DNA of 64,000 nucleotides. Source: the human T2T-CHM13v2.0 reference genome, Homo sapiens. The stretch is from the NCBI RefSeq assembly GCF_009914755.1, contig NC_060928.1. The stretch is one strand, 5' to 3'. The notes below the pieces were generated by a model, which made no database searches, was not told the origin of the DNA, and worked only from the letters and a program-made list of their open reading frames with translations. Positions within the stretch are counted from its first letter, which is position 1, and each line of letters begins with the position of its first letter. This document shows, one piece after another, positions 12,201 through 27,200 of the stretch. The position numbers and the translations under genes were made by a program.

Positions 12201-15200
12201 GCACTACCTGGAAGAGGCCATTTCGAGCGCTTTGAGTCCTATGGTGAAAAAGGAAATATCTTCTCATAAAAACCAGAAAGAAGCATTCTCAGAAACTTCT
12301 TTGTGTTGTGTGTACTCATGTAACAGTGTTGAACCATCCTTTTGACAGAGCAGTTTTGAAACACTCTTTTTGTAGAATCTGCAAGTGGATATTTGGATAG
12401 CTTTGAGGATTTCGTTGGAAACGGGATGACATATAATATCTAGAGAGAAGCATACTCAGGAACTTCTTTGTGATGTTTGCATTCAAGTCACAGAATTGAA
12501 CATTCCCTTTCATAGAGCAGGTTTGAAACACTCTTTCTCTAGTATCTGGAAGTGGGCATTTCAAGCGCTTTCAGGCCTATGGAGAGAAAGGAAATACCTT
12601 CAAATAAAAACTAGACAGAAGCATTCTCAGAAACTTATTTGTGATGTGTGTTCTCAACTAACAGAGTTGAACCTTTGTTTTGATACAGCATTTTGGAAAC
12701 ACTCCTTTTGTAGAATCTGCAGGTGGATATTTGGATAACTTTGAAGATTTCGTTGGAAACCGGAATATCTTCATATAAAATCAAGACAGAAGCATTGTCG
12801 GAAACATCTCTGTGATGTTTGCATTCAACTCAGTAGAGTTGAACACTTCCTTTCATAGAGCAGGTTTGAAACACTCTTTCTGCACTACCTGGAAGCGGAC
12901 ATTTCGAGCGCTTTGAGGCCTATGGTGAAAAAGGAAATATCTTCTCATAAAAACCAGAAAGAAGCATTCTCAGAAACTTCTTTGTGTTGTGTGTACTCAA
13001 GTAACAGTGTTGAACCTTCCTTTTGACACAGCAGTTTTGAAACACTCTTTTGGTAGAATCTGCAAGTGGATATTTGGATAGCTTTGAGGATTTCGTTGGA
13101 AACGGGTTATCTTCATATAAAATCCAGACAGGAGCATTCTCAGAAACTTCTTTGTGCTGCATGTCCTCAATTCACAGAGCTGAACCTTTGTTTGGATACA
13201 GCATTTTGGAAACATTCCTTTAGTAGAATCTGCAAGTTGATATTTAGATAGCTTTGAAGATTTCGTTGGAAACGGGAATATCTTCATAGAAAATCTAGAC
13301 GGAAGCATTCTCAGAAACTGCTTTGTGATGTTTGCATTCAAGTCACAGAGTTGAATATTCCCTTTTATAGAGTAGGTTTGAAACACTCTTTCGGCACTAC
13401 CTGGAAGTGGATATTTCGAGCTCTTTGAGGCCTATGGTTAAAAGGAAATATCTTCCCATAAAAACTAGACAGAAGCCGTCTCAGAAACTTGTTTGTGATG
13501 TGTGTATACAACTACCAGAGTTGAACATTTCTGTTACAGAGCAATTTTAAAACACTCTTTTTGTGGAATCTGAAAGTGGATAATTGGATAGCTTTGTGGA
13601 TTTCGTTGGAAACGGGATGACGTATAAAATCTAGAGAGAAGCATTCTCAGGAACTTCTTTCTGATGTTTGCATTCAAGTCACAGAATTGAACATTCCTTT
13701 TCATAGTGCAGGTTTGAAGCACTCTTTCTGTAGTATCTGGAAGTGGACATTTCAAGCGCTTTCAGGCCTACGGGGAGAAAGGAAATATCTTCAAATAAAA
13801 ACTAGACAGAAGGATTCTCAGAAACTTATTTGTGATGTGTGTCCTCAACTAACAGAGTTGAACTTTGTTTTGATACAGCATTTTGGAAACACTCCTTTTG
13901 TAGGATCTGCAGGTGGATATTTGGATAGATTTTAAGATTTCGTTGGAAACGGGAGTTTCTTCATAGAAACTCAAGACAGATGCATTCTCAGAAACATCTC
14001 TGTGATGTTTGCATTCCACTCATAGATTTGAAAACTTCCTTTCATAGAGCAGGTTTGAAACACTCTTTTTGTAATATTTGGAAGTGGACATTTGCAGCGC
14101 TTTGAGGCCTATGGTGAAAAAGGAAATATCTTCTGATAAAAACCAGAAACAAGCATTCTCAGAAACTTCTTTTTGATGTGTGTACTCAAGTAACAGAGTT
14201 GAACCTTCCTTTTGACACAGCAGTTTTGAAACAATCTTTTTGTAGAATCTGCAAGTGGATATTTGGATAGCTTTGAGGATTTCGTTGGAAACGGGATATC
14301 TTCATATAAAATCTAGACAGAAGCTTTCTCAGAAACTTCTTTGTGCTGTATGTCCTCAATTAACAGATTTGAACCATTGCTTGGATACAGCATTTTGGAA
14401 ACATTCCTTGAGTAGAATCTGCAAGTTGATATTTAGATAGATTTGAAGATTTCGTTGGAAAAGGGAATATCTCCATAGAAAATCTAGAGGGAAGCATTCT
14501 CAGAAACTGCTTTGTGATGTTTCCATTCAAGTCACAGAGTTGAATATTCCCTTTTATAGAGCAGGTTTGAAACACTCTTTCTGCACTATCTGGAAGTGGA
14601 CATTTCGAGCGCTTTGAGGCCTATGGTGAAAAAGGAAATATCTTCCCATAAAAACTAGACAGAAGCATTCTCAGAAACTTGTTTGTGATGTGTGTATTCA
14701 ACTAACAGAGTTGAACTTTTGTTTTTACAGAGCCGTTTTAAAACACTCTTTTTGTGGAATCAGAAAGTGGATATTCGGATGGCTCTGAGGATTTCGTTGG
14801 AAGCGGGATTACATATAAAATCTAGAGAGAAGCATTCTCAGGAACTTCTTTGTGATGTTTGCATTGAAGTCACAGAATTGAACATTCACTTTGATAGAGC
14901 AGGTTTGAAACACTCATTCTGTAGTATCTGGAAGTGGACATTTCAAGCGCTTTCAGGCCTATGGTGAGAAAGGAAATATCTTCGAATAAAAACTAGACAG
15001 AAGCATCCTCAGAAACTTATTTGTGATGTGTGTCCTCAACTAACAGAGTTGAAACTTTGTTTTGATACAGCATTTTGGAAACACTCTTTTTGTAGAATCT
15101 GCAGGTGGATATTTGGATAGCTTAGAGGGATTCGTTGGAAAGGGGATATCTTCATATAAAATCTAGACAGAAGCATTCTCAGAAACTTATTTGTGATGTG

Positions 15201-18200
15201 TGTCCTCAACTAACAGAGTTGAACCTTGGTTTTGATACAGCATTTTGGAAACACTCCTTTTGTAGAATCTGCAGGTGGATATGTGGATAGCTCTGAAGAT
15301 TTCGTTGGAAACGGGAATTTCTTCATATAAAATCAAACAGAAGCATTCTCAGAAACTTCTCAGTGATGTTTGCATTCAGCTCATGGAGTTGAACACTTCC
15401 TTTCATAGAGCCGGTTTGAAACACTCTTTCTGCACTACCTGGAAGAGGCCATTTCGAGCGCTTTGAGTCCTATGGTGAAAAAGGAAATATCTTCTCATAA
15501 AAACCAGAAAGAAGCATTCTCAGAAACTTCTTTGTGTTGTGTGTACTCATGTAACAGTGTTGAACCATCCTTTTGACAGAGCAGTTTTGAAACACTCTTT
15601 TTGTAGAATCTGCAAGTGGATATTTGGATAGCTTTGAGGATTTCGTTGGAAACGGGATGACATATAATATCTAGAGAGAAGCATACTCAGGAACTTCTTT
15701 GTGATGTTTGCATTCAAGTCACAGAATTGAACATTCCCTTTCATAGAGCAGGTTTGAAACACTCTTTCTCTAGTATCTGGAAGTGGGCATTTCAAGCGCT
15801 TTCAGGCCTATGGAGAGAAAGGAAATACCTTCAAATAAAAACTAGACAGAAGCATTCTCAGAAACTTATTTGTGATGTGTGTTCTCAACTAACAGAGTTG
15901 AACCTTTGTTTTGATACAGCATTTTGGAAACACTCCTTTTGTAGAATCTGCAGGTGGATATTTGGATAACTTTGAAGATTTCGTTGGAAACCGGAATATC
16001 TTCATATAAAATCAAGACAGAAGCATTGTCGGAAACATCTCTGTGATGTTTGCATTCAACTCAGTAGAGTTGAACACTTCCTTTCATAGAGCAGGTTTGA
16101 AACACTCTTTCTGCACTACCTGGAAGCGGACATTTCGAGCGCTTAGAGGCCTATGGTGAAAAAGGAAATATCTTCTCATGAAAACCAGAAAGAAGCATTC
16201 TCAGAAACTTCTTTGTGTTGTGTGTACTCAAGTAACAGTGTTGAACCTTCCTTTTGACACAGCAGTTTTGAAACACTCTTTTGGTAGAATCTGCAAGTGG
16301 ATATTTGGATAGATTTGAGGATTTCGTTGGAAACGGGTTATCTTCATATAAAATCCAGACAGGAGCATTCTCAGAAACTTCTTTGTGCTGCATGTCCTCA
16401 ATTCACAGAGCTGAACCTTTGTTTGGATACAGCATTTTGGAAACATTCCTTTAGTAGAATCTGCAAGTTGATATTTAGATAGCTTTGAAGATTTCGTTGG
16501 AAACGGGAATATCTTCATAGAAAATCTAGACGGAAGCATTCTCAGAAACTGCTTTGTGATGTTTGCATTCAAGTCACAGAGTTGAATATTCCCTTTTATA
16601 GAGTAGGTTTGAAACACTCTTTCGGCACTACCTGGAAGTGGATATTTCAAGCTCTTTGAGGCCTATGGTTAAAAGGAAATATCTTCCCATAAAAACTAGA
16701 CAGAAGCCGTCTCAGAAACTTGTTTGTGATGTGTGTATTCAACTACCAGAGTTGAACATTTCTGTTACAGAGCAATTTTAAAACACTCTTTTTGTGGAAT
16801 CTGAAAGTGGATAATTGGATAGCTTTGTGGATTTCGTTGGAAACGGGATGACGTATAAAATCTAGAGAGAAGCATTCTCAGGAACTTCTTTCTGATGTTT
16901 GCATTCAAGTCACAGAATTGAACATTCCTTTTCATAGTGCAGGTTTGAAACACTCTTTCTGTAGTATCTGGAATTGGACATTTCAAGCGCTTTCAGGCCT
17001 ACGGGGAGAAAGGAAATATCTTCAAATAAAAACTAGACAGAAGGATTCTCAGAAACTTATTTGTGATGTGTGTCCTAAACGAACACAGTTGAACCTTTGT
17101 TTTGATACAGCATTTTGGAAACACTCCTTTTGTAGGATCTGCAGGTGGATATTTGGATAGATTTTAAGATTTCGTTGGAAACGGGAGTTTCTTCATAGAA
17201 ACTCAAGACAGATGCATTCTCAGAAACATCTCTGTGATGTTTGCATTCCACTCATAGAGTTGAAAACTTCCTTTCATAGAGCAGGTTTGAAACACTCTTT
17301 TTGTAATATTTGGAAGTGGACATTTGCAGCGTTTTGAGGCCTATGGTGAAAAAGGAAATATCTTCTCATAAAAACCAGAAACAAGCATTCTCAGAAACTT
17401 CTTTTTGATGTGTGTACTCAAGTAACCGAGTTGAACCTTCCTTTTGACACAGCAGTTTTGAAACAATCTTTTTGTAGAATCTGCAAGTGGATATTTGGAT
17501 AGCTTTGAGGATTTCGTTGGAAACGGGCTATCTTCATATAAAATCTAGACAGAAGCATTCTCAGAAACTTCTTTGTGCTGTATGTCCTCAATTAACAGAG
17601 TTGAACCATTGCTTGGATACAGCATTTTGGAAACATTCCTTGAGTAGAATCTGCAAGTTGATATTTAGATAGATTTGAAGATTTCGTTGGAAAAGGGAAT
17701 ATCTCCATATAAAATCTAGAGGGAAGCATTCTCAGAAACTGCTTTGTGATGTTTCCATTCAAGTCACAGAGTTGAATATTCCCTTTTATAGAGCACGTTT
17801 GAAACACTCTTTCTGCACTATCTGGAAGTGGACATTTCGAGCGCTTTGAGGCCTATGGTGAAAAAGGAAATATCTTCCCATAAAAACTAGACAGAAGCAT
17901 TCTCAGAAACTTGTTTGTGATGTGTGTATTCAACTAACAGAGTTGAACTTTTGTTTTTACAGAGCCGTTTTAAAACACTCTTTTTGTGGAATCCGAAAGT
18001 GGATATTCGGATGGCTCTGAGGATTTCGTTGGAAGCGGGATTACATATAAAATCTAGAGAGAAGCATTCTCAGGAACTTCTTTGTGATGTTTGCATTGAA
18101 GTCACAGAATTGAACATTCACTTTGATAGAGCAGGTTTGAAACACTCATTCTGTAGTATCTGGAAGTGGACATTTCAAGCGCTTTCAGGCCTATGGTGAG

Positions 18201-21200
18201 AAAGGAAATATCTTCGAATAAAAACTAGACGGAAGCATCCTCAGAAACTTATTTGTGATGTGTGTCCTCAACTAACAGAGTTGAAACTTTGTTTTGATAC
18301 AGCATTTTGGAAACACTCTTTTTGTAGAATCTGCAGGTGGATATTTGGATAGCTTAGAGGGATTCGTTGGAACGGGGATATCTTCATATAAAATCTAGAC
18401 AGAAGCATTCTCAGAAACTTATTTGTGATGTGTGTCCTCAACTAACAGAGTTGAACCTTGGTTTTGATACAGCATTTTGGAAACACTCCTTTTGTAGAAT
18501 CTGCAGGTGGATATGTGGATAGCTCTGAAGATTTCGTTGGAAACGGGAATTTCTTCATATAAAATCAAACAGAAGCATTCTCAGAAACTTCTCAGTGATG
18601 TTTGCATTCAGCTCATGGAGTTGAACACTTCCTTTCATAGAGCCGGTTTGAAACACTCTTTCTGCACTACCTGGAAGAGGACATTTCGAGCGCTTTGAGT
18701 CCTATGGTGAAAAAGGAAATATCTTCTCATAAAAACCAGAAAGAAGCATTCTCAGAAACTTCTTTGTGTTGTGTGTACTCATGTAACAGTGTTGAACCAT
18801 CCTTTTGACAGAGCAGTTTTGAAACACTCTTTTTGTAGAATCTGCAAGTGGATATTTGGATAGCTTTGAGGATTTCGTTGGAAACGGGATGACATATAAT
18901 ATCTAGAGAGAAGCATACTCAGGAACTTCTTTGTGATGTTTGCATTCAAGTCACAGAATTGAACATTCCCTTTCATAGAGCAGGTTTGAAACACTCTTTC
19001 TCTAGTATCTGGAAGTGGGCATTTCAAGCGCTTTCAGGCCTATGGAGAGAAAGGAAATACCTTCAAATAAAAACTAGACAGAAGCATTCTCAGAAACTTA
19101 TTTGTGATGTGTGTTCTCAACTAACAGAGTTGAACCTTTGTTTTGATACAGCATTTTGGAAACACTCCTTTTGTAGAATCTGCAGGTGGATATTTGGATA
19201 ACTTTGAAGATTTCGTTGGAAACCGGAATATCTTCATATAAAATCAAGACAGAAGCATTCTCGGAAACATCTCTGTGATGTTTGCATTCAACTCAGTAGA
19301 GTTGAACACTTCCTTTCATAGAGCAGGTTTGAAACACTCTTTCTGCACTACCTGGAAGCGGACATTTCGAGCGCTTAGAGGCCTATGGTGAAAAAGGAAA
19401 TATCTTCTCATGAAAACCAGAAAGAAGCATTCTCAGAAACTTCTTTGTGTTGTGTGTACTCAAGTAACAGTGTTGAACCTTCCTTTTGACACAGCAGTTT
19501 TGAAACACTCTTTTGGTAGAATCTGCAAGTGGATATTTGGATAGATTTGAGGATTTCGTTGGAAACGGGTTATCTTCATATAAAATCCAGACAGGAGCAT
19601 TCTCAGAAACTTCTTTGTGCTGCATGTCCTCAATTCACAGAGCTGAACCTTTGTTTGGATACAGCATTTTGGAAACATTCCTTTAGTAGAATCTGCAAGT
19701 TGATATTTAGATAGCTTTGAAGATTTCGTTGGAAACGGGAATATCTTCATAGAAAATCTAGACGGAAGCATTCTCAGAAACTGCTTTGTGATGTTTGCAT
19801 TCAAGTCACAGAGTTGAATATTCCCTTTTATAGAGTAGGTTTGAAACACTCTTTCGGCACTACCTGGAAGTGGATATTTCAAGCTCTTTGAGGCCTATGG
19901 TTAAAAGGAAATATCTTCCCATAAAAACTAGACAGAAGCCGTCTCAGAAACTTGTTTGTGATGTGTGTATTCAACTACCAGAGTTGAACATTTCTGTTAC
20001 AGAGCAATTTTAAAACACTCTTTTTGTGGAATCTGAAAGTGGATAATTGGATAGCTTTGTGGATTTCGTTGGAAACGGGATGACGTATAAAATCTAGAGA
20101 GAAGCATTCTCAGGAACTTCTTTCTGATGTTTGCATTCAAGTCACAGAATTGAACATTCCTTTTCATAGTGCAGGTTTGAAACACTCTTTCTGTAGTATC
20201 TGGAATTGGACATTTCAAGCGCTTTCAGGCCTACGGGGAGAAAGGAAATATCTTCAAATAAAAACTAGACAGAAGGATTCTCAGAAACTTATTTGTGATG
20301 TGTGTCCTAAACGAACACAGTTGAACCTTTGTTTTGATACAGCATTTTGGAAACACTCCTTTTGTAGGATCTGCAGGTGGATATTTGGATAGATTTTAAG
20401 ATTTCGTTGGAAACGGGAGTTTCTTCATAGAAACTCAAGACAGATGCATTCTCAGAAACATCTCTGTGATGTTTGCATTCCACTCATAGAGTTGAAAACT
20501 TCCTTTCATAGAGCAGGTTTGAAACACTCTTTTTGTAATATTTGGAAGTGGACATTTGCAGCGTTTTGAGGCCTATGGTGAAAAAGGAAATATCTTCTCA
20601 TAAAAACCAGAAACAAGCATTCTCAGAAACTTCTTTTTGATGTGTGTACTCAAGTAACAGAGTTGAACCTTCCTTTTGACACAGCAGTTTTGAAACAATC
20701 TTTTTGTAGAATCTGCAAGTGGATATTTGGATAGCTTTGAGGATTTCGTTGGAAACGGGCTATCTTCATATAAAATCTAGACAGAAGCATTCTCAGAAAC
20801 TTCTTTGTGCTGTATGTCCTCAATTAACAGAGTTGAACCATTGCTTGGATACAGCATTTTGGAAACATTCCTTGAGTAGAATCTGCAAGTTGATATTTAG
20901 ATAGATTTGAAGATTTCGTTGGAAAAGGGAATATCTCCATATAAAATCTAGAGGGAAGCATTCTCAGAAACTGCTTTGTGATGTTTCCATTCAAGTCACA
21001 GAGTTGAATATTCCCTTTTATAGAGCACGTTTGAAACACTCTTTCTGCACTATCTGGAAGTGGACATTTCGAGCGCTTTGAGGCCTATGGTGAAAAAGGA
21101 AATATCTTCCCATAAAAACTAGACAGAAGCATTCTCAGAAACTTGTTTGTGATGTGTGTATTCAACTAACAGAGTTGAACTTTTGTTTTTACAGAGCCGT

Positions 21201-24200
21201 TTTAAAACACTCTTTTTGTGGAATCAGAAAGTGGATATTCGGATGGCTCTGAGGATTTCGTTGGAAGCGGGATTACATATAAAATCTAGAGAGAAGCATT
21301 CTCAGGAACTTCTTTGTGATGTTTGCATTGAAGTCACAGAATTGAACATTCACTTTGATAGAGCAGGTTTGAAACACTCATTCTGTAGTATCTGGAAGTG
21401 GACATTTCAAGCGCTTTCAGGCCTATGGTGAGAAAGGAAATATCTTCGAATAAAAACTAGACGGAAGCATCCTCAGAAACTTATTTGTGATGTGTGTCCT
21501 CAACTAACAGAGTTGAAACTTTGTTTTGATACAGCATTTTGGAAACACTCTTTTTGTAGAATCTGCAGGTGGATATTTGGATAGCTTAGAGGGATTCGTT
21601 GGAACGGGGATATCTTCATATAAAATCTAGACAGAAGCATTCTCAGAAACTTATTTGTGATGTGTGTCCTCAACTAACAGAGTTGAACCTTGGTTTTGAT
21701 ACAGCATTTTGGAAACACTCCTTTTGTAGAATCTGCAGGTGGATATGTGGATAGCTCTGAAGATTTCGTTGGAAACGGGAATTTCTTCATATAAAATCAA
21801 ACAGAAGCATTCTCAGAAACTTCTCAGTGATGTTTGCATTCAGCTCATGGAGTTGAACACTTCCTTTCATAGAGCCGGTTTGAAACACTCTTTCTGCACT
21901 ACCTGGAAGAGGACATTTCGAGCGCTTTGAGTCCTATGGTGAAAAAGGAAATATCTTCTCATAAAAACCAGAAAGAAGCATTCTCAGAAACTTCTTTGTG
22001 TTGTGTGTACTCATGTAACAGTGTTGAACCATCCTTTTGACAGAGCAGTTTGGAAACACTCTTTTTGTAGAATCTGCAAGTGGATATTTGGATAGCTTTG
22101 AGGATTTCGTTGGAAACGGGATGACATATAATATCTAGAGAGAAGCATACTCAGGAACTTCTTTGTGATGTTTGCATTCAAGTCACAGAATTGAACATTC
22201 CCTTTCATAGAGCAGGTTTGAAACACTCTTTCTCTAGTATCTGGAAGTGGGCATTTCAAGCGCTTTCAGGCCTATGGAGAGAAAGGAAATACCTTCAAAT
22301 AAAAACTAGACAGAAGCATTCTCAGAAACTTATTTGTGATGTGTGTTCTCAACTAACAGAGTTGAACCTTTGTTTTGATACAGCATTTTGGAAACACTCC
22401 TTTTGTAGAATCTGCAGGTGGATATTTGGATAACTTTGAAGATTTCGTTGGAAACCGGAATATCTTCATATAAAATCAAGACAGAAGCATTCTCGGAAAC
22501 ATCTCTGTGATGTTTGCATTCAACTCAGTAGAGTTGAACACTTCCTTTCATAGAGCAGGTTTGAAACACTCTTTCTGCACTACCTGGAAGCGGACATTTC
22601 GAGCGCTTTGAGGCCTATGGTGAAAAAGGAAATATCTTCTCATAAAAACCAGAAAGAAGCATTCTCAGAAACTTCTTTGTGTTGTGTGTACTCAAGTAAC
22701 AGTGTTGAACCTTCCTTTTGACACAGCAGTTTTGAAACACTCTTTTGGTAGAATCTGCAAGTGGATATTTGGATAGCTTTGAGGATTTCGTTGGAAACGG
22801 GTTATCTTCATATAAAATCCAGACAGGAGCATTCTCAGAAACTTCTTTGTGCTGCATGTCCTCAATTCACAGAGCTGAACCTTTGTTTGGATACAGCATT
22901 TTGGAAACATTCCTTTAGTAGAATCTGCAAGTTGATATTTAGATAGCTTTGAAGATTTCGTTGGAAACGGGAATATCTTCATAGAAAATCTAGACGGAAG
23001 CATTCTCAGAAACTGCTTTGTGATGTTTGCATTCAAGTCACAGAGTTGAATATTCCCTTTTATAGAGTAGGTTTGAAACACTCTTTCGGCACTACCTGGA
23101 AGTGGATATTTCGAGCTCTTTGAGGCCTATGGTTAAAAGGAAATATCTTCCCATAAAAACTAGACAGAAGCCGTCTCAGAAACTTGTTTGTGATGTGTGT
23201 ATACAACTACCAGAGTTGAACATTTCTGTTACAGAGCAATTTTAAAACACTCTTTTTGTGGAATCTGAAAGTGGATAATTGGATAGCTTTGTGGATTTCG
23301 TTGGAAACGGGATGACGTATAAAATCTAGAGAGAAGCATTCTCAGGAACTTCTTTGTGATGTTTGCATTCAAGTCACAGAATTGAACATTCCTTTTCATA
23401 GTGCAGGTTTGAAACACTCTTTCTGTAGTATCTGGAAGTGGACATTTCAAGCGCTTTCAGGCCTACGGGGAGAAAGGAAATATCTTCAAATAAAAACTAG
23501 ACAGAAGGATTCTCAGAAACTTATTTGTGATGTGTGTCCTAAACGAACACAGTTGAACCTTTGTTTTGATACAGCATTTTGGAAACACTCCTTTTGTAGG
23601 ATCTGCAGGTGGATATTTGGATAGATTTTAAGATTTCGTTGGAAACGGGAGTTTCTTCATAGAAACTCAAGACAGATGCATTCTCAGAAACATCTCTGTG
23701 ATGTTTGCATTCCACTCATAGAGTTGAAAACTTCCTTTCATAGAGCAGGTTTGAAACACTCTTTTTGTAATATTTGGAAGTGGACATTTGCAGCGCTTTG
23801 AGGCCTATGGTGAAAAAGGAAATATCTTCTCATAAAAACCAGAAACAAGCATTCTCAGAAACTTCTTTTTGATGTGTGTACTCAAGTAACAGAGTTGAAC
23901 CTTCCTTTTGACACAGCAGTTTTGAAACAATCTTTTTGTAGAATCTGCAAGTGGATATTTGGATAGCTTTGAGGATTTCGTTGGAAACGGGATATCTTCA
24001 TATAAAATCTAGACAGAAGCATTCTCAGAAACTTCTTTGTGCTGTATGTCCTCAATTAACAGAGTTGAACCATTGCTTGGATACAGCATTTTGGAAACAT
24101 TCCTTGAGTAGAATCTGCAAGTTGATATTTAGATAGATTTGAAGATTTCGTTGGAAAAGGGAATATCTCCATATAAAATCTAGAGGGAAGCATTCTCAGA

Positions 24201-27200
24201 AACTGCTTTGTGATGTTTCCATTCAAGTCACAGAGTTGAATATTCCCTTTTATAGAGCACGTTTGAAACACTCTTTCTGCACTATCTGGAAGTGGACATT
24301 TCGAGCGCTTTGAGGCCTATGGTGAAAAAGGAAATATCTTCCCATAAAAACTAGACAGAAGCATTCTCAGAAACTTGTTTGTGATGTGTGTATTCAACTA
24401 ACAGAGTTGAACTTTTGTTTTTACAGAGCCGTTTTAAAACACTCTTTTTGTGGAATCAGAAAGTGGATATTCGGATGGCTCTGAGGATTTCGTTGGAAGC
24501 GGGATTACATATAAAATCTAGAGAGAAGCATTCTCAGGAACTTCTTTGTGATGTTTGCATTGAAGTCACAGAATTGAACATTCACTTTGATAGAGCAGGT
24601 TTGAAACACTCATTCTGTAGTATCTGGAAGTGGACATTTCAAGCGCTTTCAGGCCTATGGTGAGAAAGGAAATATCTTCGAATAAAAACTAGACAGAAGC
24701 ATCCTCAGAAACTTATTTGTGATGTGTGTCCTCAACTAACAGAGTTGAAACTTTGTTTTGATACAGCATTTTGGAAACACTCTTTTTGTAGAATCTGCAG
24801 GTGGATATTTGGATAGCTTAGAGGGATTCGTTGGAAAGGGGATATCTTCATATAAAATCTAGACAGAAGCATTCTCAGAAACTTATTTGTGATGTGTGTC
24901 CTCAACTAACAGAGTTGAACCTTGGTTTTGATACAGCATTTTGGAAACACTCCTTTTGTAGAATCTGCAGGTGGATATGTGGATAGCTCTGAAGATTTCG
25001 TTGGAAACGGGAATTTCTTCATATAAAATCAAACAGAAGCATTCTCAGAAACTTCTCAGTGATGTTTGCATTCAGCTCATGGAGTTGAACACTTCCTTTC
25101 ATAGAGCCGGTTTGAAACACTCTTTCTGCACTACCTGGAAGAGGCCATTTCGAGCGCTTTGAGTCCTATGGTGAAAAAGGAAATATCTTCTCATAAAAAC
25201 CAGAAAGAAGCATTCTCAGAAACTTCTTTGTGTTGTGTGTACTCATGTAACAGTGTTGAACCATCCTTTTGACAGAGCAGTTTTGAAACACTCTTTTTGT
25301 AGAATCTGCAAGTGGATATTTGGATAGCTTTGAGGATTTCGTTGGAAACGGGATGACATATAATCTCTAGAGAGAAGCATACTCAGGAACTTCTTTGTGA
25401 TGTTTGCATTCAAGTCACAGAATTGAACATTCCCTTTCATAGAGCAGGTTTGAAACACTCTTTCTCTAGTATCTGGAAGTGGGCATTTCAAGCGCTTTCA
25501 GGCCTATGGAGAGAAAGGAAATACCTTCAAATAAAAACTAGACAGAAGCATTCTCAGAAACTTATTTGTGATGTGTGTTCTCAACTAACAGAGTTGAACC
25601 TTTGTTTTGATACAGCATTTTGGAAACACTCCTTTTGTAGAATCTGCAGGTGGATATTTGGATAACTTTGAAGATTTCGTTGGAAACCGGAATATCTTCA
25701 TATAAAATCAAGACAGAAGCATTCTCGGAAACATCTCTGTGATGTTTGCATTCAACTCAGTAGAGTTGAACACTTCCTTTCATAGAGCAGGTTTGAAACA
25801 CTCTTTCTGCACTACCTGGAAGCGGACATTTCGAGCGCTTTGAGGCCTATGGTGAAAAAGGAAATATCTTCTCATAAAAACCAGAAAGAAGCATTCTCAG
25901 AAACTTCTTTGTGTTGTGTGTACTCAAGTAACAGTGTTGAACCTTCCTGTTGACACAGCAGTTTTGAAACACTCTTTTGGTAGAATCTGCAAGTGGATAT
26001 TTGGATAGCTTTGAGGATTTCGTTGGAAACGGGTTATCTTCATATAAAATCCAGACAGGAGCATTCTCAGAAACTTCTTTGTGCTGCATGTCCTCAATTC
26101 ACAGAGCTGAACCTTTGTTTGGATACAGCATTTTGGAAACATTCCTTTAGTAGAATCTGCAAGTTGATAATTAGATAGCTTTGAAGATTTCGTTGGAAAC
26201 GGGAATATCTTCATAGAAAATCTAGACGGAAGCATTCTCAGAAACTGCTTTGTGATGTTTGCATTCAAGTCACAGAGTTGAATATTCCCTTTTATAGAGT
26301 AGGTTTGAAACACTCTTTCGGCACTACCTGGAAGTGGATATTTCGAGCTCTTTGAGGCCTATGGTTAAAAGGAAATATCTTCCCATAAAAACTAGACAGA
26401 AGCCGTCTCAGAAACTTGTTTGTGATGTGTGTATTCAACTAACAGAGTTGAACATTTCTGTTACAGAGCAATTTTAAAACACTCTTTTTGTGGAATCTGA
26501 AAGTGGATAATTGGATAGCTTTGTGGATTTCGTTGGAAACGGGATGACGTATAAAATCTAGAGAGAAGCATTCTCAGGAACTTCTTTCTGATGTTTGCAT
26601 TCAAGTCACAGAATTGAACATTCCTTTTCATAGTGCAGGTTTGAAACACTCTTTCTGTAGTATCTGGAAGTGGACATTTCAAGCGCTTTCAGGCCTACGG
26701 GGAGAAAGGAAATATCTTCAAATAAAAACTAGACAGAAGGATTCTCAGAAACTTATTTGTGATGTGTGTCCTAAACGAACACAGTTGAACCTTTGTTTTG
26801 ATACAGCATTTTGGAAACACTCCTTTTGTAGGATCTGCAGGTGGATATTTGGATAGATTTTAAGATTTCGTTGGAAACGGGAGTTTCTTCATAGAAACTC
26901 AAGACAGATGCATTCTCAGAAACATCTCTGTGATGTTTGCATTCCACTCATAGAGTTGAAAACTTCCTTTCATAGAGCAGGTTTGAAACACTCTTTTTGT
27001 AATATTTGGAAGTGGACATTTGCAGCACTTTGAGGCCTATGGTGAAAAAGGAAATATCTTCTCATAAAAACCAGAAACAAGCATTCTCAGAAACTTCTTT
27101 TTGATGTGTGTACTCAAGTAACAGAGTTGAACCTTCCTTTTGACACAGCAGTTTTGAAACAATCTTTTTGTAGAATCTGCAAGTGGATATTTGGATAGCT

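Noticed and set aside
18362-18378. Apparent resurrection of the monomer M CENP-B box (TTCGTTGGAACGGGG) in HOR6, 7, 12 and 13
   Set aside because: The new C is one base too early: the site reads TTCG-TTGG-A-AC-GGGG, so the NTTCGNNNNANNCGGGN consensus is still not met.
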